DNA of 64,000 bases, taken from contig OX597827.1 in the NCBI GenBank assembly GCA_951406725.2, positions 25,854,001-25,918,000 on the forward strand, in the 5' to 3' direction. The notes below the pieces were generated by a model. That model was not told the origin of the DNA. It searched no databases and saw nothing but the letters and a program-made list of their open reading frames with translations. The DNA comes from Octopus vulgaris. Taxonomy: Eukaryota. Positions 27,431-41,772 of the stretch are shown piece by piece. How positions within the stretch are numbered: position 1 is the first letter of the stretch; each line of letters begins with the position of its first letter. The position numbers were made by a program, and so were the translations under genes.

Positions 27431-28159
27431 AGTATACACAGGCACACGCTTACATACATATGCACACTATAAACAAACACATGCATCACACACACACACA
27501 CACACACACACAATAAATTCACACTACACACACAAGCGCGCGCATATTTATATATCCTTACAGGGAAATGCGAACGTATACTTTTTAATAGTCCTCATTC
27601 AAACAAAAACACAAGGCAACATGTGGAATCTGAGTTCTAATAATATATCTTTATGGTCGGTTCCGCTGGTAAAGGAGAATGTAAAATACCACAGACGAAA
27701 TCAGAGTGCCTTGGGCAGTATTTGGGTCATCAGGTTTAATTTACTGCGCCGTTTTTGTTCCCGCAGAGGCTGCCAATCTTGTACAAGTCTGTATGGGATT
27801 ATACCCAATAGTTATGCGGTGTCTGAAGCGTAGACATTGAATGTTTTGCACCATGAGGAAGAGAGGATTAGGGTGAAGATTTACAGAAGTCAAGAGTGCT
27901 GAATAGCTATCAAAAACCCAGATGAATTTCAAAGAGTTTCGGGGTTATATATTTTGGTCCATTTGTCATTAATGGAAATAGGTTTTCATTTCTGCTGTGC
28001 TGCTGCACTTCTTGTCTCTCATTATCTATGAGCTGACAGGATATACAACCTACTTGATTCTTACTAGGCAAGTTGAAGCATATTTAAGTCTTTCTTACAC
28101 CCAGATAAATATATTTTCTGTATATCTGAGTGTCAGTACATTTCATTCGAAAACCACAA

Positions 28160-28302
28160 GAGGAGCATTATTTACATTATTTACATTTGACGGATATTTG
28201 TGCTCATCTTCTTTGTTGTTAACACAATGTTTCGGCTGATATACCCTCCAGCTTTCATCAGGTGTCTTGGGGAAATTTCGAACCTGGGTTCTCATTCCTA
28301 AG
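28160..28302 (-). mobile_element. Penelope-like pLTR fragment carrying a hammerhead-like motif
   Basis: Minus strand reads GACAC CTGATGA AAGCTGG..TCAGCC GAAAC ATT GTGTT; inverted partner at 28500-28640. Confidence 0.65.
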
Positions 28303-28310
28303 GTATAATA

Positions 28311-28379
<69 letters not shown>

Positions 28380-28499
28380 CATTATTATTATTATTCAGGT
28401 TATATTATTATTATTCCGAACTTGGAATCTTGGGGTTAGTAACACGCGCTCTTAACCACTACGCCATATGCCCACGGGCATTCAGTTTATTTCAAGAGT

Positions 28500-28640
28500 C
28501 CTTGTCAATGAGAACCTACATTCGAAATTTTCCCAAGACACCTGATGAAGGCTGGAGGATATATCAGCCGAAACTTTGTGTTCACAACAAACAAGATGAG
28601 GAGAAATATCCGCCAAATGTAAATAATGTACATAATTCCT
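28500..28640 (+). mobile_element. Penelope-like pLTR fragment carrying a hammerhead-like motif
   Basis: GACAC CTGATGA A GGCTG..CAGCC GAAAC TTT GTGTT. Confidence 0.65.
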
Positions 28641-28954
28641 CATCTCATAAATATAGAACTGTATTATCTAATCGGTACGGAGCCGCCACGAGAGGAAGTT
28701 AACCGAAAATTACTACAATTCCAAAGACGGGTAATATCTATATCATATATAGAGGCTTCAAAGTCCCACATAATCCACCAAGATTTATTTTATAGGGGAA
28801 AATATATGTTCATTAAAATGAGAGTTAGAATCCCAGGATACGTTTGAATGAAAATAAAAACTCAGTTTTTGTTTTTGTAATTCCGTTAGGAGGTGCAGTA
28901 TTGCAATACTACCACATCTTGTCCGGTAATTTTACTAGTTTATTAGTGAATGTG

Positions 28955-29255
28955 CATGCCTCAGTGGTTAGAGCAGGACCGGGATGTGTATTGTGTTCTT
29001 GAGCAAGATACTTTATTTCACGTTGCTCTAGTTCACTCAACTGTAAAAATGAGTTGCTACGTCAGAGGTGCCCGGCTTTAGCGACCCCTTTGACTTACCC
29101 TTGAATAACATCAGTGGTGTGGAGACGGGAGGGTGGTATGCATATGCGACTGCTGGCCTTCCATCAACAACCTTGCCCGGACTTGTGCCATGGAGGGGAC
29201 CCTTCTAGGTGCGATCCCATTGTCATTCATGACCGAATGGGGTAATTACATTTTA
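28955..29255 (+). mobile_element. tRNA-derived SINE (family C-related, different tail)
   Basis: gcctcagtggttagagc..gttcttgagcaagatactttatttcacgttgctctagttcactcaactg. Confidence 0.65.
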
Positions 29256-29561
29256 CTTTATGGATTATCGCTTCTACGCCAGCAGATTTTCCTGCTAGTC
29301 CATTCTTTTTACAGGTAAGGCATTTTGGAAACACATATCACTTTTCAAACCAAGCAAATACCAACCTAACAAAATAATATTCTTTCGAAATATTTTAGTT
29401 AATAAATAAATGTTATAAATTGGCAACAGATTAGATAGACAGAAATGTCCGTAACGATTTCGCTCAACGTCTCCACTGCACCTTTGCCTCATCACTGAAA
29501 GTATTTAGGAAGAAAATCGTAGCGGAATGAAATGAAGGACTACAATAAACCAATGCATGGT

Positions 29562-29714
29562 GTGGCTTTGTGGTAAGAAGCTTCCTTCCCAGCCACATAA
29601 CTCCGGCTCAATCCCTCGACGTGACACCTTGGACAAATGTCTCCCACTATAGCCTCGAGCCGACCAAAACCTTGTGAATGAATTTGGGTAAAGAAAACTG
29701 AAAAGAAGCTCGTT
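29562..29714 (+). mobile_element. SINE family A 5' half
   Basis: gtggctttgtggtaagaagcttc...caccttggacaaatgtctcccactatagcc. Confidence 0.75.
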
Positions 29715-30395
29715 ATGTATACATAAATATGTTGTTCCATTTGTCATTATGAGTAAGAAAGACTTAAATATGCTTCAACTTGCCTAGTAAGAATCAAGTA
29801 GATTGTATATCCTGTCAGCTCATATATAATGAGAGACAAACAGTGCAGCGGCCTGAAGGGGTTCTGCTTTCTTTCACAAAAGTAATGAAAATCACGTTTG
29901 GTGGAAACAATTGTAGTGACTAACAGATAACTCTCAAACCGTACCCTTTCTTGTTGACTCCAATTTCTTCAAATGTATATATATATACTAGAAGAAATGA
30001 GGTAATCAGAAGATCGGATGGTTCATATTTATAGATATTTATTTATATATTACATTTTTTACATATATATATCATATCATTCAGATCATATCATTCAGAT
30101 TATTAGCGCTTTCTCCCATTCCAGTGGGGTTTTCAAATCAAATTAATTCCTTTGTGGGGAATTTGGGCATTTTATAGAGTTTCGTACAAGTGTGTGGGGG
30201 GGGGGGAACAAGATAGTATAAGAGGGTGAGGTAGATGAGGAGGATGTGAGAGAGAGAACATGTGTGTATGTGTATGTGTGTGTGTGTGTGTGTGTGCGTT
30301 TGTATCTGAGGCTAAAGAGAAAAAGAGAAAGGGGAAGGGGGAGGGGGAGAGGGAAGAAGAATGATTTCCTTTGGCCTGTTGGACCCCCTGGGGAG

Positions 30396-30513
<118 letters not shown>

Positions 30514-30802
30514 GTGTATATATATACATATATGGATATAGGCATATACATATCATATGTTGTGATATCTACATGAATCAAGTGAACAATATTTGTGGAC
30601 AGTTTTGAAAAAGATCATTATTAGTAAGTAAAGCTTGAAAGAAAATAGTATTTTAAATAATGTTCCTTGTACTTTTCACACACACGTGCATACACACACA
30701 CACACACACGCGCACACATACACACAAATACATACATACATACACACACGAACGCACGCACACAGGTACGTGCATATATGCACACACACGCATACATATA
30801 TA

Positions 30803-31011
30803 TCTTTTATTCTTTTATTTGTTTCAGTCATTTGACTGCGGCCATGCTGGAGCACCGCCTTTAGTCGAGCAAATCGACCCCGGGACGTATTCTTTGTAAG
30901 CCCAGTACTTATTCTATCGGTCTCTTTTTGCCGAACCGCTAAGTAACGGGGACGTAAACACACCAGCATCGGTTGTCAAACAATGCTAGGGGGACAAGCA
31001 CAGACACACAA

Positions 31012-31056
<45 letters not shown>

Positions 31057-31227
31057 CATATATACGACAGGCTTCTTTCAGTTACCGTCTACCAAATCCA
31101 CTCACAAGGCATTGGTCGGCCCAGGCTATAGCAGAAGACACTTGCCCAAGGTTCCACACAGTGGGACTGGAACCGGAACCATGTGGTTGGTTAGCAAGCT
31201 ACTTACCACACAGCCACTCCTGCGCCT
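30803..31227 (-). mobile_element. SINE family A
   Basis: Near-identical to 5046-5458. Confidence 0.9.
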
Positions 31228-31277
31228 CACACATACATAAATATATGTGTGTACGTGTATGTATGTATATATATATA

Positions 31278-31365
<88 letters not shown>

Positions 31366-32600
31366 TGTGTGTGTGTGTATAAACATACAAGTATGTATGC
31401 CTGCGGCCCGTATGTGCCTTCTTTCCAGTTTCCCAAATATGAAGGACATGAATTATTACCCTAAGGGACAAAAAAAGAGAAAAACAATAACGTAATATAT
31501 TTTTTACGCGATCAATATGAACACGAAATAAATGGATGCAATATATTTATGAAAAATTATATCCTCCGAAATATTTAGAAGAAGCAGTCCATTGCACCAC
31601 ACACATATGGAAGACTAGTATTTACTTGGTGAATGCACTAAGGCATGAAATTTCGACTTCTCCCTGAGCTGGCATTAAAAAATGTAGATATATCTATTAT
31701 CTCCCCTTTCATTTCACTCCATTTTGAGGCCATCCTGTTTTCTTCTCCTTACAACGTGCCAGGTTTCCTGTAAAATTTGGAAGATTCCCCATAGGAATAT
31801 AATTTTACTTTTTCTTTGCTTATGATTCAGGTCCCATTTATTGGTCGCTTACACTCTGGTAAAATAAATGCGGTACATAGAACTTCTACATGACATTTCC
31901 ATATTTTTCTTTAAATAAATTGTTTTAAAACCCGTTTGTTTGTTTTTCATGATAAGCGTTAACAAAATGCACTTTATTCTAACATCCTATGAATTATGTG
32001 GTTTTTCATTATTGATTGTATTGTAATTTTCATTTTCTTTTATTTGTTCTAGCTTTTTTTTACCATTTTTAGCCCTTCATATAAGGTAGAATGAAATATC
32101 CGTGTCTCTATGCAGTTCTCCCCTCTCTCTCCCTCTGTGTTTGTATGCACGCAAACACATATACATACCTTCATATATGTATACAAATAAAGACACGCAC
32201 ATACATAAATAAACATATGTTACATTAAAGCGATTATTTTAAAGTTAGTTTAAGGATAACACCGAACATTTGATATGACTCGATATTAACAATAAACTCA
32301 GTTTCACCACAGCTGTTTCAGACGCGTTTTTTGGTGGGTGGGATTGATGAATAGAAGTGTTACTTCATGCAAGAAACAAAGCAAGAAAATGATATCATCA
32401 TGTAGACATTTGTAAGAATTAAACATTTTGAACGCCTCAACAAGTACAAAGAGGCCTACTGCCTCTACCAACCAGCGATAGGGATATCACTGGTCTGACC
32501 TCGGTACTTTACTGTTTAAGCACGTTATTTGCATGCCTCCAAGAAATTCTATATTATGCATTCACACACATATATATATATATATATATATTATACGTAC

Positions 32601-32668
<68 letters not shown>

Positions 32669-32710
32669 TATTGTGAATGTACATAAATGCGTACGTGTTT
32701 ATGTGAATGT

Positions 32711-32781
<71 letters not shown>

Positions 32782-32895
32782 CATATATGTATATACATAT
32801 ATACGTTGTGAGATAGATATATTTTGTAACTATAGCAAATGAAGACCATTTATATACACGCGCACATTTATATACACGCGCACACAAACACACTT

Positions 32896-32931
<36 letters not shown>

Positions 32932-33910
32932 GTGTGTGTTTGTGTTAGTCTGTACTCATATACATATAGTCAGCACTTAATAGATTCCTCTCTCCATTTT
33001 CAAAATATATTCTGGAAAGTAAAGCAAACTGCTCACCTGGCTGTAATAAACAAATTATCTCCACATTAAGAAATCATTAGTTTCACGAGATATATAAATC
33101 AATATTATCACTCATAATCTCTGAAAGTACCCTGAAGTCTTAATCGATAATGCGTTTCGAAAACGTGAGAGAAAAAAAGAATCATGGCACAGAAAATGAT
33201 TTTTTCCACCCACGCACTAAATGATCCACAAACTATATTTCTTTATCAATTTCTTGGAAAGTAGTCGACATCGCAAATCGTTATTAGCGACTGAAGCAAT
33301 ATTATTTCAAATAAGCAACCTGTATGTCATACCTAAGCATATACATTGTTGAAAGCATTCTAAACTGCAGTATTCCTCTCGAGAAAGCATCTCTTATAGA
33401 TGTATAGTGCTAAAAATCATAGAAATCTATCTGTAGCAGGTGATCAGAGCATTTTTCGTCTGCTAAGTTGACTACATATGCGTTAAATTAACATGTAAAT
33501 AGGAAATTATTTCCCCTTACACATTTACCCTGAACGTACAGAGTTGTCTTGCCGAATCATTGTGACAAAATGTTACAGGTTTATATCTCTCCAATTTGGT
33601 GTTTACAGAGGAGGGAAAATTGGCGCGGTACTAGATTGTTCCTGTATTTATCTATCCTGACTTGACAGAATGCAGCATTGACTACGGCTGGATTTGATCT
33701 CATAGTTCATACTATCATAAGGTATTACTGTACAGTAAATTACCCGACACTTTAACATGTTACCAATTCACCACCTTGTCGAATTCAGTCACAGAATTCT
33801 GTCAGTTGTTAGAATACTAGAAGTATAAATACAAAACTATTAACGATTCTTGTCACGCCTTTACTTACGAATGGCTCACATTTTTTTCATCGCATTCCAT
33901 TCGTAAATCT

Positions 33911-33957
<47 letters not shown>

Positions 33958-34514
33958 CAATTCAAGATACATCTCAATAAAATACCCTCAAAACTGCATA
34001 GCATACATTTTTCTTTGATTTGTTGTTATATTATGTTTACTTATAACTACGTGATAAAATTTGAATATATATAAGGAGTGGGGAGCTAAATCCGGAGAAA
34101 GAGAATACAGAAAATATAAACAGTATTATCTTTCATAATAGAACTTTCAAAACGATTTTCTTTTTCCAAATTTGGTCACGTAAAATGTGAGAAAGTTTGT
34201 GAGTAAGACTACAAAATTACGACCGATGCTTATCTATTATTTGAGCAAACAAACGGCGGCTATAAACATCTGCTAAGAAGAAATTTATGAAGTTTAAGGA
34301 CTGAAGTTTATAGACAGAGTTTTGATACTTTGGAAATTCGACATAATTATTATATATCATTAACCAGTAGTTTCCTAATGAGGCATTTGTTTTGGCAGGA
34401 ATTGTTTACTGGGATTATTTCTGCTATTTACATTATGAGTTCAATCCACACTGAGCTCAACCTTTATTTTATTTTCATTCTTCTGCAATCACTTCAGTAA
34501 TACATCAGTTTAGA

Positions 34515-34915
34515 AAGCAGCGAGCTGGCTGAAACGTTAGCACGCCGGGCGAAATGCTTGGCGGTATTTCGTCTGCTGCTACGTTCTGAGTTCAAATTCC
34601 GCCGAGGTCGACTTTGTCTTTCATCCTTTCGGGGTCGATTAAATAAGTACCAGTTACGCACTGGAGTCGATATAATCGACTTAATCCGTTTGTATGTCCT
34701 AGTTTGTCTCCTTTGTGTTTAGCCCTTAGTGGGTAGTAAAGAAATAGGTATTTCGCCTGTCTTTACATTCTAAGTTCAAATTCCGCCGAGGTCGACTTTG
34801 CCTTTCATCCTTTCGGAGTCTATAAATTACGTAGCAGTTGCGCACTGCGGTCGATCTAATCGACTGGCCTGCTCCCCAAAACATTTTGAGCCTTGTGCTT
34901 AGACTAGAAAAGAAT
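34515..34915 (+). mobile_element. SINE family B with an internal tandem duplication
   Basis: The head gcagcgagctggctgaaacgttagcacgccggg is followed twice by ggtatttcg..gttcaaattccgccgaggtcgacttt..aatcgact. Confidence 0.88.
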
Positions 34916-34971
34916 ATACCAGTTTAGAAAAGCGATCAATTTGTTTGCTGATGTATGTGTCATTTATATAA

Positions 34972-35422
34972 TATTGGTTTCAAATTTTGCCACAAGGCCA
35001 GCAATTTCGGGGAATGGGGTAAGTCGACTACATTGATTCCCGTGCTCAATCGCTACCTATTTTATCGACCCCGAAAGGAATGAAAAGCAAAGCCGACCAC
35101 GGCAGGATATGAACTCAGAACGTAAAGACGTACGAATCTCGCTTAGAACTTTGCCCAGTGTGCTAACATTTCTATCACCTCCCCGCCCCATCCGCATAAT
35201 TAATGCTGGCTTCAAATTTTGGTACGAGGCCAGCAATTTCTGTGAAGTGGGTAAATCAATTGCACTGATTCCAGTAACTCAACTGCTACTTATTTTATCG
35301 TCCCTGAAATAATGAAAGGCGGAGTCCACTTCGGCGGAATTTGAATTCAGAACGTAAAGACGGATGAAAGAGGGCTAAGCATTTTGCACATGGTGCTAAC
35401 AATTCTGCGAGCTTGTCGCCCT
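34972..35422 (-). mobile_element. two tandem SINE family B copies
   Basis: Homologous to the 34515 copy, opposite orientation. Confidence 0.75.
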
Positions 35423-35939
35423 ATACACCTATATAATATAGACGGGAAGATTGCAGTGAGATCTTCGCCCTAAATCCGCGGGGATTCAAAGGTAACTGGT
35501 GTGAGATACCTTCTGGGTTTACACTGTCTTCAAACCAACGTTCCCATTTCGGTTGCGATTTACACAACGCTGCTTCATACAGCAAACACGTAATTTATGA
35601 TATATTCCCCTAACAAAAATGCAGGATAAAATATTTTCTATGTTACAAAGTTTACATCAAAGATCATCACTGAAGAAAGCATCTCGATCACTCTGATTGA
35701 AGATGAGTTATTGTGATGATTAAAGATTAATTCGATGAAGTAAAATGCATCACAAACATTAGGTAATAAAATTATTGTAAATATTTGTGAGTGTGAGTGT
35801 GAACGTACTTCTGCACAGACACAGATGGATGTGAGCTTAGGAGGGAAGAGTTTTTCGTTTGAACTTGTTATTTGTTCATTCTGTAAAAAGAAACTTTTGT
35901 GTTCTTGTGCGTGTTTGCGTAAACATCGAAATATATAAC

Positions 35940-36160
35940 AAGGCAAAGACCTCGGGCCATACGTCTCCTACGCAATTCAGGATCACAACACTGCGACACA
36001 TTTTCTTTTCCTCAACAGCACCTGTTCTGTTTAACATGAAAAGGATCCCATCACCTTCAAACGGAATCCGTGCAAATTTCTGTAAAGAATACCAGATAAA
36101 CCACATTTACCTGGACACAGCTCACTCAACAAGAACTCCCAACACAAATGGGCCATGATA
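35940..36160 (+). pseudogene. CR1/L2-group LINE ORF2 extreme C-terminus
   Basis: TTLRHIFFSSTAPVLFN...FKR...FL*RIPDKPHLPG...NKNS resembles the LFNxLP..FK..LD.FL..IPD.P..PGY..NS terminus. Confidence 0.55.
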
Positions 36161-36270
36161 CCAGAAAACTTGACTTCAAAAAGATTTAGCCAATCCTATC
36201 AACGGATGATATTTTCATTCTAGCTTAATTTAAACGACGGTATAGTCACCGCGCCCTGTATATATATATA

Positions 36271-36779
<509 letters not shown>

Positions 36780-37049
36780 CATTTACTACCATGTTTCTAT
36801 TGACGAGACTGGCCTCTCTGTCTATCTACTGACCCACTTTGCGATGTTGGTAAATGAAATAAGTATAAAAATGAATATTTTCAATTTAACTAAAAAATTC
36901 CATCTGCAGCTGAAGATTGCTCTACATTTTAAAACTGATGTAATACTTGCATTGTTTAATCAAATGAAGTCGCATGAAACGATCGTACTGCATGACCTTT
37001 GGATATCCGTGTTGCTTATTTTGATTATGTATATATATATATATATATA

Positions 37050-37274
37050 CAGATCGCCATGTTGATTCGCTAGCCTCTGCACGCATATTTTTTCTCTCCT
37101 TCTTTCTGTGTTTTTTCTCTGTATATCTTTCTGTTGAAGAGCGTAGGCTCGAAACGCTAAAGACTTGTTTTATTTATATTTCCTGAGCGCCATACTAATA
37201 CAATTGTTTGTTTGTATTCCACCTGACTTCGTCTTTTGTTTATTTCCGTAAACCTGCCTTCGTCTTTTGTCTAT

Positions 37275-37280
<6 letters not shown>
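37050..37280 (+). mobile_element. Penelope-like pLTR-derived repeat with a hammerhead-like motif (copies at ~45070-45228 and ~52710-52915)
   Basis: CTTT CTGTTGA A GAGC GTAG GCTC GAAAC GCT AAAG; three homologous copies in the window. Confidence 0.55.
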
Positions 37281-37347
<67 letters not shown>

Positions 37348-37355
37348 TATATATG

Positions 37356-38191
37356 CAGGGTGTGGTGAATAAACCGTCGTCTAAATTAAGCAAGAATGAA
37401 AATAGCACTGACAACTCATTTTAACAGATATATATTTCCCCAAATCACATGAAAATGTCTTCAATACTAAAGAGTAAATTTATTCAATAAAACCGCCATT
37501 GGCTTCAACCACCGCCCCCCGATGACTTCGGACTCACCTGCAACTCTTCTGGATGGTCTGCTTGTTGGTGAATGCTGCCATAATCCTTGCCTTTAGGTCA
37601 TCTTTGGTGTTGCAAGAAGTTTCGATTGTCTCTCGCTCAACTGCCCCCCACACATAATCATGGGGGTTGCAATCTGGGGAGTTAAGTGGCCAGATGTTAG
37701 GAGTGATGTGGTCGCAGAAACTGTCTCACAGCCATGATTGGGTTCCCCTGCTTGTTTGGTATAGGGCAGAGTCCTGTTACCAGACATAGGGCTTTCAGCA
37801 CTACTTTTTTCGAGTCCTCAATGTAGGCCTTCGTGAGAAGGTGAGGCCGTGTGGGAAGATGAATGGAAGTATAACGTCGCCATCACTAGGGAATCATTTC
37901 AAACATTATGATGTTGACTGGATGCTTGCTTTTTATCACTCTCCGTGCATGTCCAGTGATTGCATTGTCCTCAGATTGACAACCAAACACTCTGAAATGT
38001 TCGTACTGGAGCTTCCGGTGTAAATGCCAAGGAGTATAGCATGTCGATACCTGCGTCATAGTGCTGTTTTTCCTGGAGACGGTGCCCAGCTGACTCTATT
38101 GTACTGTGTAGTCGACAAAATGAAAAACAAAACAACATGCCTGTGCAAAATCAAAAATATAAAATGGCAACAATTTTTCCATCGCACGCTG
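37356..38191 (-). mobile_element. DD37D (maT) Tc1/mariner element, internally deleted
   Basis: Ends cagggtgtggtgaataaa / tttttccatcgcacgctg. Minus strand reads QDSALYQTSRGTQSWL*DSFCDHITPNIWPLNSPDCNPHDY, with 37 residues between the second and third D. Confidence 0.85.
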
Positions 38192-38515
38192 AAAACACAC
38201 ACACGCACGCACATAAACAAATACACACACACATATCATGACGAAGGCGGCTATACACAACATAAAATCAAAAATGAAAAATTCAATTGTCATTAATTGC
38301 AACTGATGGTGCGTGGTAGCGCTTATATTGCGAGAAATAAAAGTTAAAAGCGCTCAGAGGTGCAAAGGGCACATTCCTATCACTGAGAAGAGAGCAGGGG
38401 TGGTTATCTTCCCTGTGCTTTTTGCGGCTCTAAGGGATTTTAACATTTATTTCTAGCAATATAGATGCTACCCAGCACCATGAGTTACAATTGTATTTTT
38501 CCTATATTCACACAT

Positions 38516-38719
38516 TCTTTTAATCTTTTACTTGTTTCAGTCATTTGACTGCGGTCATGCTGGAGCACCGCCTTTAGTCAACAAATCGACCCCAGGACTA
38601 ATTCTTTGTAAGCCTAGTACTTATTCTCTCGGTCTCTTTAGCCGAACCGCTAAGTTACGGGGACGTAAACACACCAGCATCGGTTGTCAAACACAGACAC
38701 AAAAACATGCACACACACA

Positions 38720-38778
<59 letters not shown>

Positions 38779-38940
38779 GAGGGCTTCATTCAATTTCCGT
38801 CTACCAAATCCACTCACATGGCTTTGGTCGGCCCGAGGCTATAGTAGAAGATACTCGCCCAAGGTGCCACGCAGTAGGACTGAACCCAGAACCATGTGGT
38901 TGGTAAGCAAGGTACTAACCACATAGTCACTCTTACGCCT
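38516..38940 (-). mobile_element. SINE family A
   Basis: Homologous to 5046-5458. Confidence 0.88.
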
Positions 38941-39203
38941 ACATACATAGATATATAAATATACATACTACATATACATTTATATATATATATATATATA
39001 TATAATCATACATAAATACATATACATATGCACACACATATATATATATGTGTGTGTGTGTGTGCGTGTATGTCTATATATAAGAGAAGAGTAGAAATGG
39101 AGCAAGAGCAACGCCTATACATAGGTAATGCACCAGTAGTGCCTACGGATACATCTATCCCTTAGACAGTTTTATAACCTCTAACTCATCATTTATATAT
39201 ATA

Positions 39204-39597
39204 CTTGCAGTATCGCCCGGTGTTGCTCGGGTTTGTAAGGGAAATAACTATATAAGCATTTTTAGAGATGTAAAGTATAATAGCCATCTCAATATGGCTA
39301 ACCACAAAGGGGGGTGTTACTGTAGCTTTTTAAGTTCTGAGATTTAATAATACATTTTTAGAGAGTTACTTCCCTTATATATGCCAAAAATGCATTAAAA
39401 ATGGGAAAAATTGATGGTATTTTTTTTTTAAATCGTAGACTCATCATAGACGCGCGCTAATACCCAGAAGGGCTCGATATGAATCACGACTATAAGATAC
39501 CCGGTTTTGGTTAAACTGCACCGCAAAATATGGGCGTAGTTAGGAATCTAAATCGTAGGAGACAGACAGCACACAACCTTACGTTTATATATAAAGA
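39204..39597 (-). mobile_element. non-autonomous Helitron (~395 bp)
   Basis: Minus strand 5' A|TCTTTATATATAAA...tgtctgtc; 3' hairpin cccgagcaacaccggg, then C(A)AG|T (a CTAG variant). Confidence 0.8.
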
Positions 39598-39724
39598 TAT
39601 CTTATTCAAGGAAATTCCAACTCTGTCTATTTTTTATGTTTTATTTATATACTTTATAATATTAATGTAGAATATAGAATATATAGTATAAATAATGTAT
39701 ATATATAGTAAAATGAAATGAAGT

Positions 39725-39960
39725 ATTGATGAATGGAGGCATAAATTCGCCATCACTAGTGATCATTTCAAGCATTATGATGTTGGCTGGATGTTTGCTT
39801 TTTATCACTTTCAGTGCATGTCCAGTGATTGCACTGTCCTCAGATTGACACCCAAACATTCTGAAATGCTCGTACTGGAGCTTCCGGTGTAAATGCGAAT
39901 GAGTATAACATGACCAAGGTTGTAACAGGTGTGTGAAACTCTCCTGTCAGAGCCTGGCAC
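39725..39960 (-). mobile_element. DD37D/maT transposon fragment
   Basis: Homologous to 37860-38045; encodes KSKHPANIIML..ITSDGEFMPPFI. Confidence 0.75.
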
Positions 39961-41199
39961 CTTGAAGACTGCTATAACGCATGAAAGTATACTAGTCCCT
40001 TAATATGTTATATTCAACATTTCATCTGTTCAATAAGACAATCAATACTTCATTTCATTTTACTATATATATATATTTTTTTTATTTGTACTATATTTTC
40101 TATATTCTACATTATTATTATAAAAAATATAAATAAAACATAAAAATAGACAGAGTTGGAATATCTTTGAATAATATTTATCCCTCTATACACAATCATA
40201 CAAAACCCTTTATGTTTTTTTTTATCTAGTATCAGCTCACGAGCTGTGGCCGTGCTGGGGCACCGCCATTTGTTGGGGCACCACCATATATATATATATA
40301 TTTGTTTGTATATACAAACACACAAACACATACACACATATATGCATAGCCTTTACTTCAGAAATCCTTTGTTCAGCCTAAAATGAGTGGTAAAATCTGA
40401 TACATTCTCATTGTGACGTATACACATAAACCTGTAGCGTTTTACGTCCCAATCTCAACGTAACTCACCGATCTTCTCCAGCACAACCTACAGCTTCGTC
40501 TCTAAAATCTCTCACTCCTTTTGACCTTTTCTTCTTCTCTCCATCCGTAAGCCTCTTCACTTTACTGTCGCTAGCGATTGCCATTAAAATTTAAATGCTT
40601 ATATCGTCTTCGTCGTCGTCGTCGATGTTGCATTATATTTGTGTTATTATTTACTTCTGTCGTTGTTTGTGACGTCTGGTTGTCATAGATTTTTTTGGTT
40701 CAATTAAGAGAATTATTTTCCTCTCTCCTTCCTATTGTTCTTCATGTTTCTGTTGCTGCTTTCTTAGATTACTATTGTGTTGTTGAATTGTAAAACGGGA
40801 GTGTGTGGTTTTTAACTTTCATCTTGCGCCGCTTACTAGATTCAGTTATTGGACTGCGGTCATGCCGGGGCACCAGATTCATGGGTATTAGTTGAATGAC
40901 ACAACCCCCCCAGTACATATGTTTCCTCAACCTTCTTAATTAGTCTGTCGGTCTCTAATGCCGGATCTCTCAGTCACAGGGACGCAAATAACCCAACAAC
41001 TTTATAGCCGTTGTCGGTGAATTTACATCCCTATAACTTAGTGGTTCAGCATAAAAGACCGATAGAATAGATACTAGGCATAAAAATAAGTAATTGCGTT
41101 CGATTCATTCAAAGTGGTGCTCCAGTATGGCCGCAGCCTAATCTCTGAAACGGAAGATAAAAAATATTTATTACATATTATTTCCTTTGATATATTTAA

Positions 41200-41772
41200 A
41201 GACGGCCCTCACCTGACGGGGGCGGACTGCGAATTTTTTCTCACGAGAGTTCCGGACCTCAGTTAAAAAGCTCATTTGCATACAACCAATCAGATCTCAA
41301 CTATCAAACCAGTTTATGAGCGCACGACTAGTGATGGGCGATAAGATAAGGTCACTTGGGTAAGGAATGACCATGCTTCTTTTCTCTTTTAAGAAAACTT
41401 GTTCTTCTTATTTCAACCATGGTTGCTTGTGCATAGTTATTTGTGTTGTTGTTCACTTTATAAAACAGTAGGGAGGAGGGTGGCTAGCACATCTACCTCT
41501 AATCACATTTTTCCCATCCGCATCTTTACCATATGGGGCCCTAGCAAAATCCGATAATAGGTATAGATGCAAATCTATCAAATTACTTGTCTCCTTCTAT
41601 AATGAGGCATAACTTGGCGATCGGTTGACTTACAACATCGTTCTTCGTCTTGATTTTACTTGGAAGAATATGTTTGTTACCTCGACAAGGTCAAGGTGAG
41701 CTCTGATTGGATGTATGCAAATGATTTTATTACAGGGGCTCGAAGCTCTCGTGGAAAAAATACTTCGCGGCC
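41200..41772. mobile_element. MITE-like element with ~75-bp subterminal inverted repeats (possibly hAT-derived)
   Basis: cacgagagttcc..tcatttgcatacaaccaatcagatctca versus tgagctctgattggatgtatgcaaatga..gaagctctcgtgg. Confidence 0.6.

Larger units (their letters stand above)
28003..29849. repeat. ~95-bp inverted repeat pair (28003-28098 / 29753-29849)
   Basis: atgagctgacaggatatacaacctacttgattcttactaggcaagttgaagcatatttaagtctttcttac and its reverse complement, with very few mismatches. Confidence 0.85.

Noticed and set aside
33300-33400. Possible CGGBP1/hAT-like fragment (LLKAF..CSIPLEK)
   Set aside because: Too short and requires a frameshift; cannot be supported.
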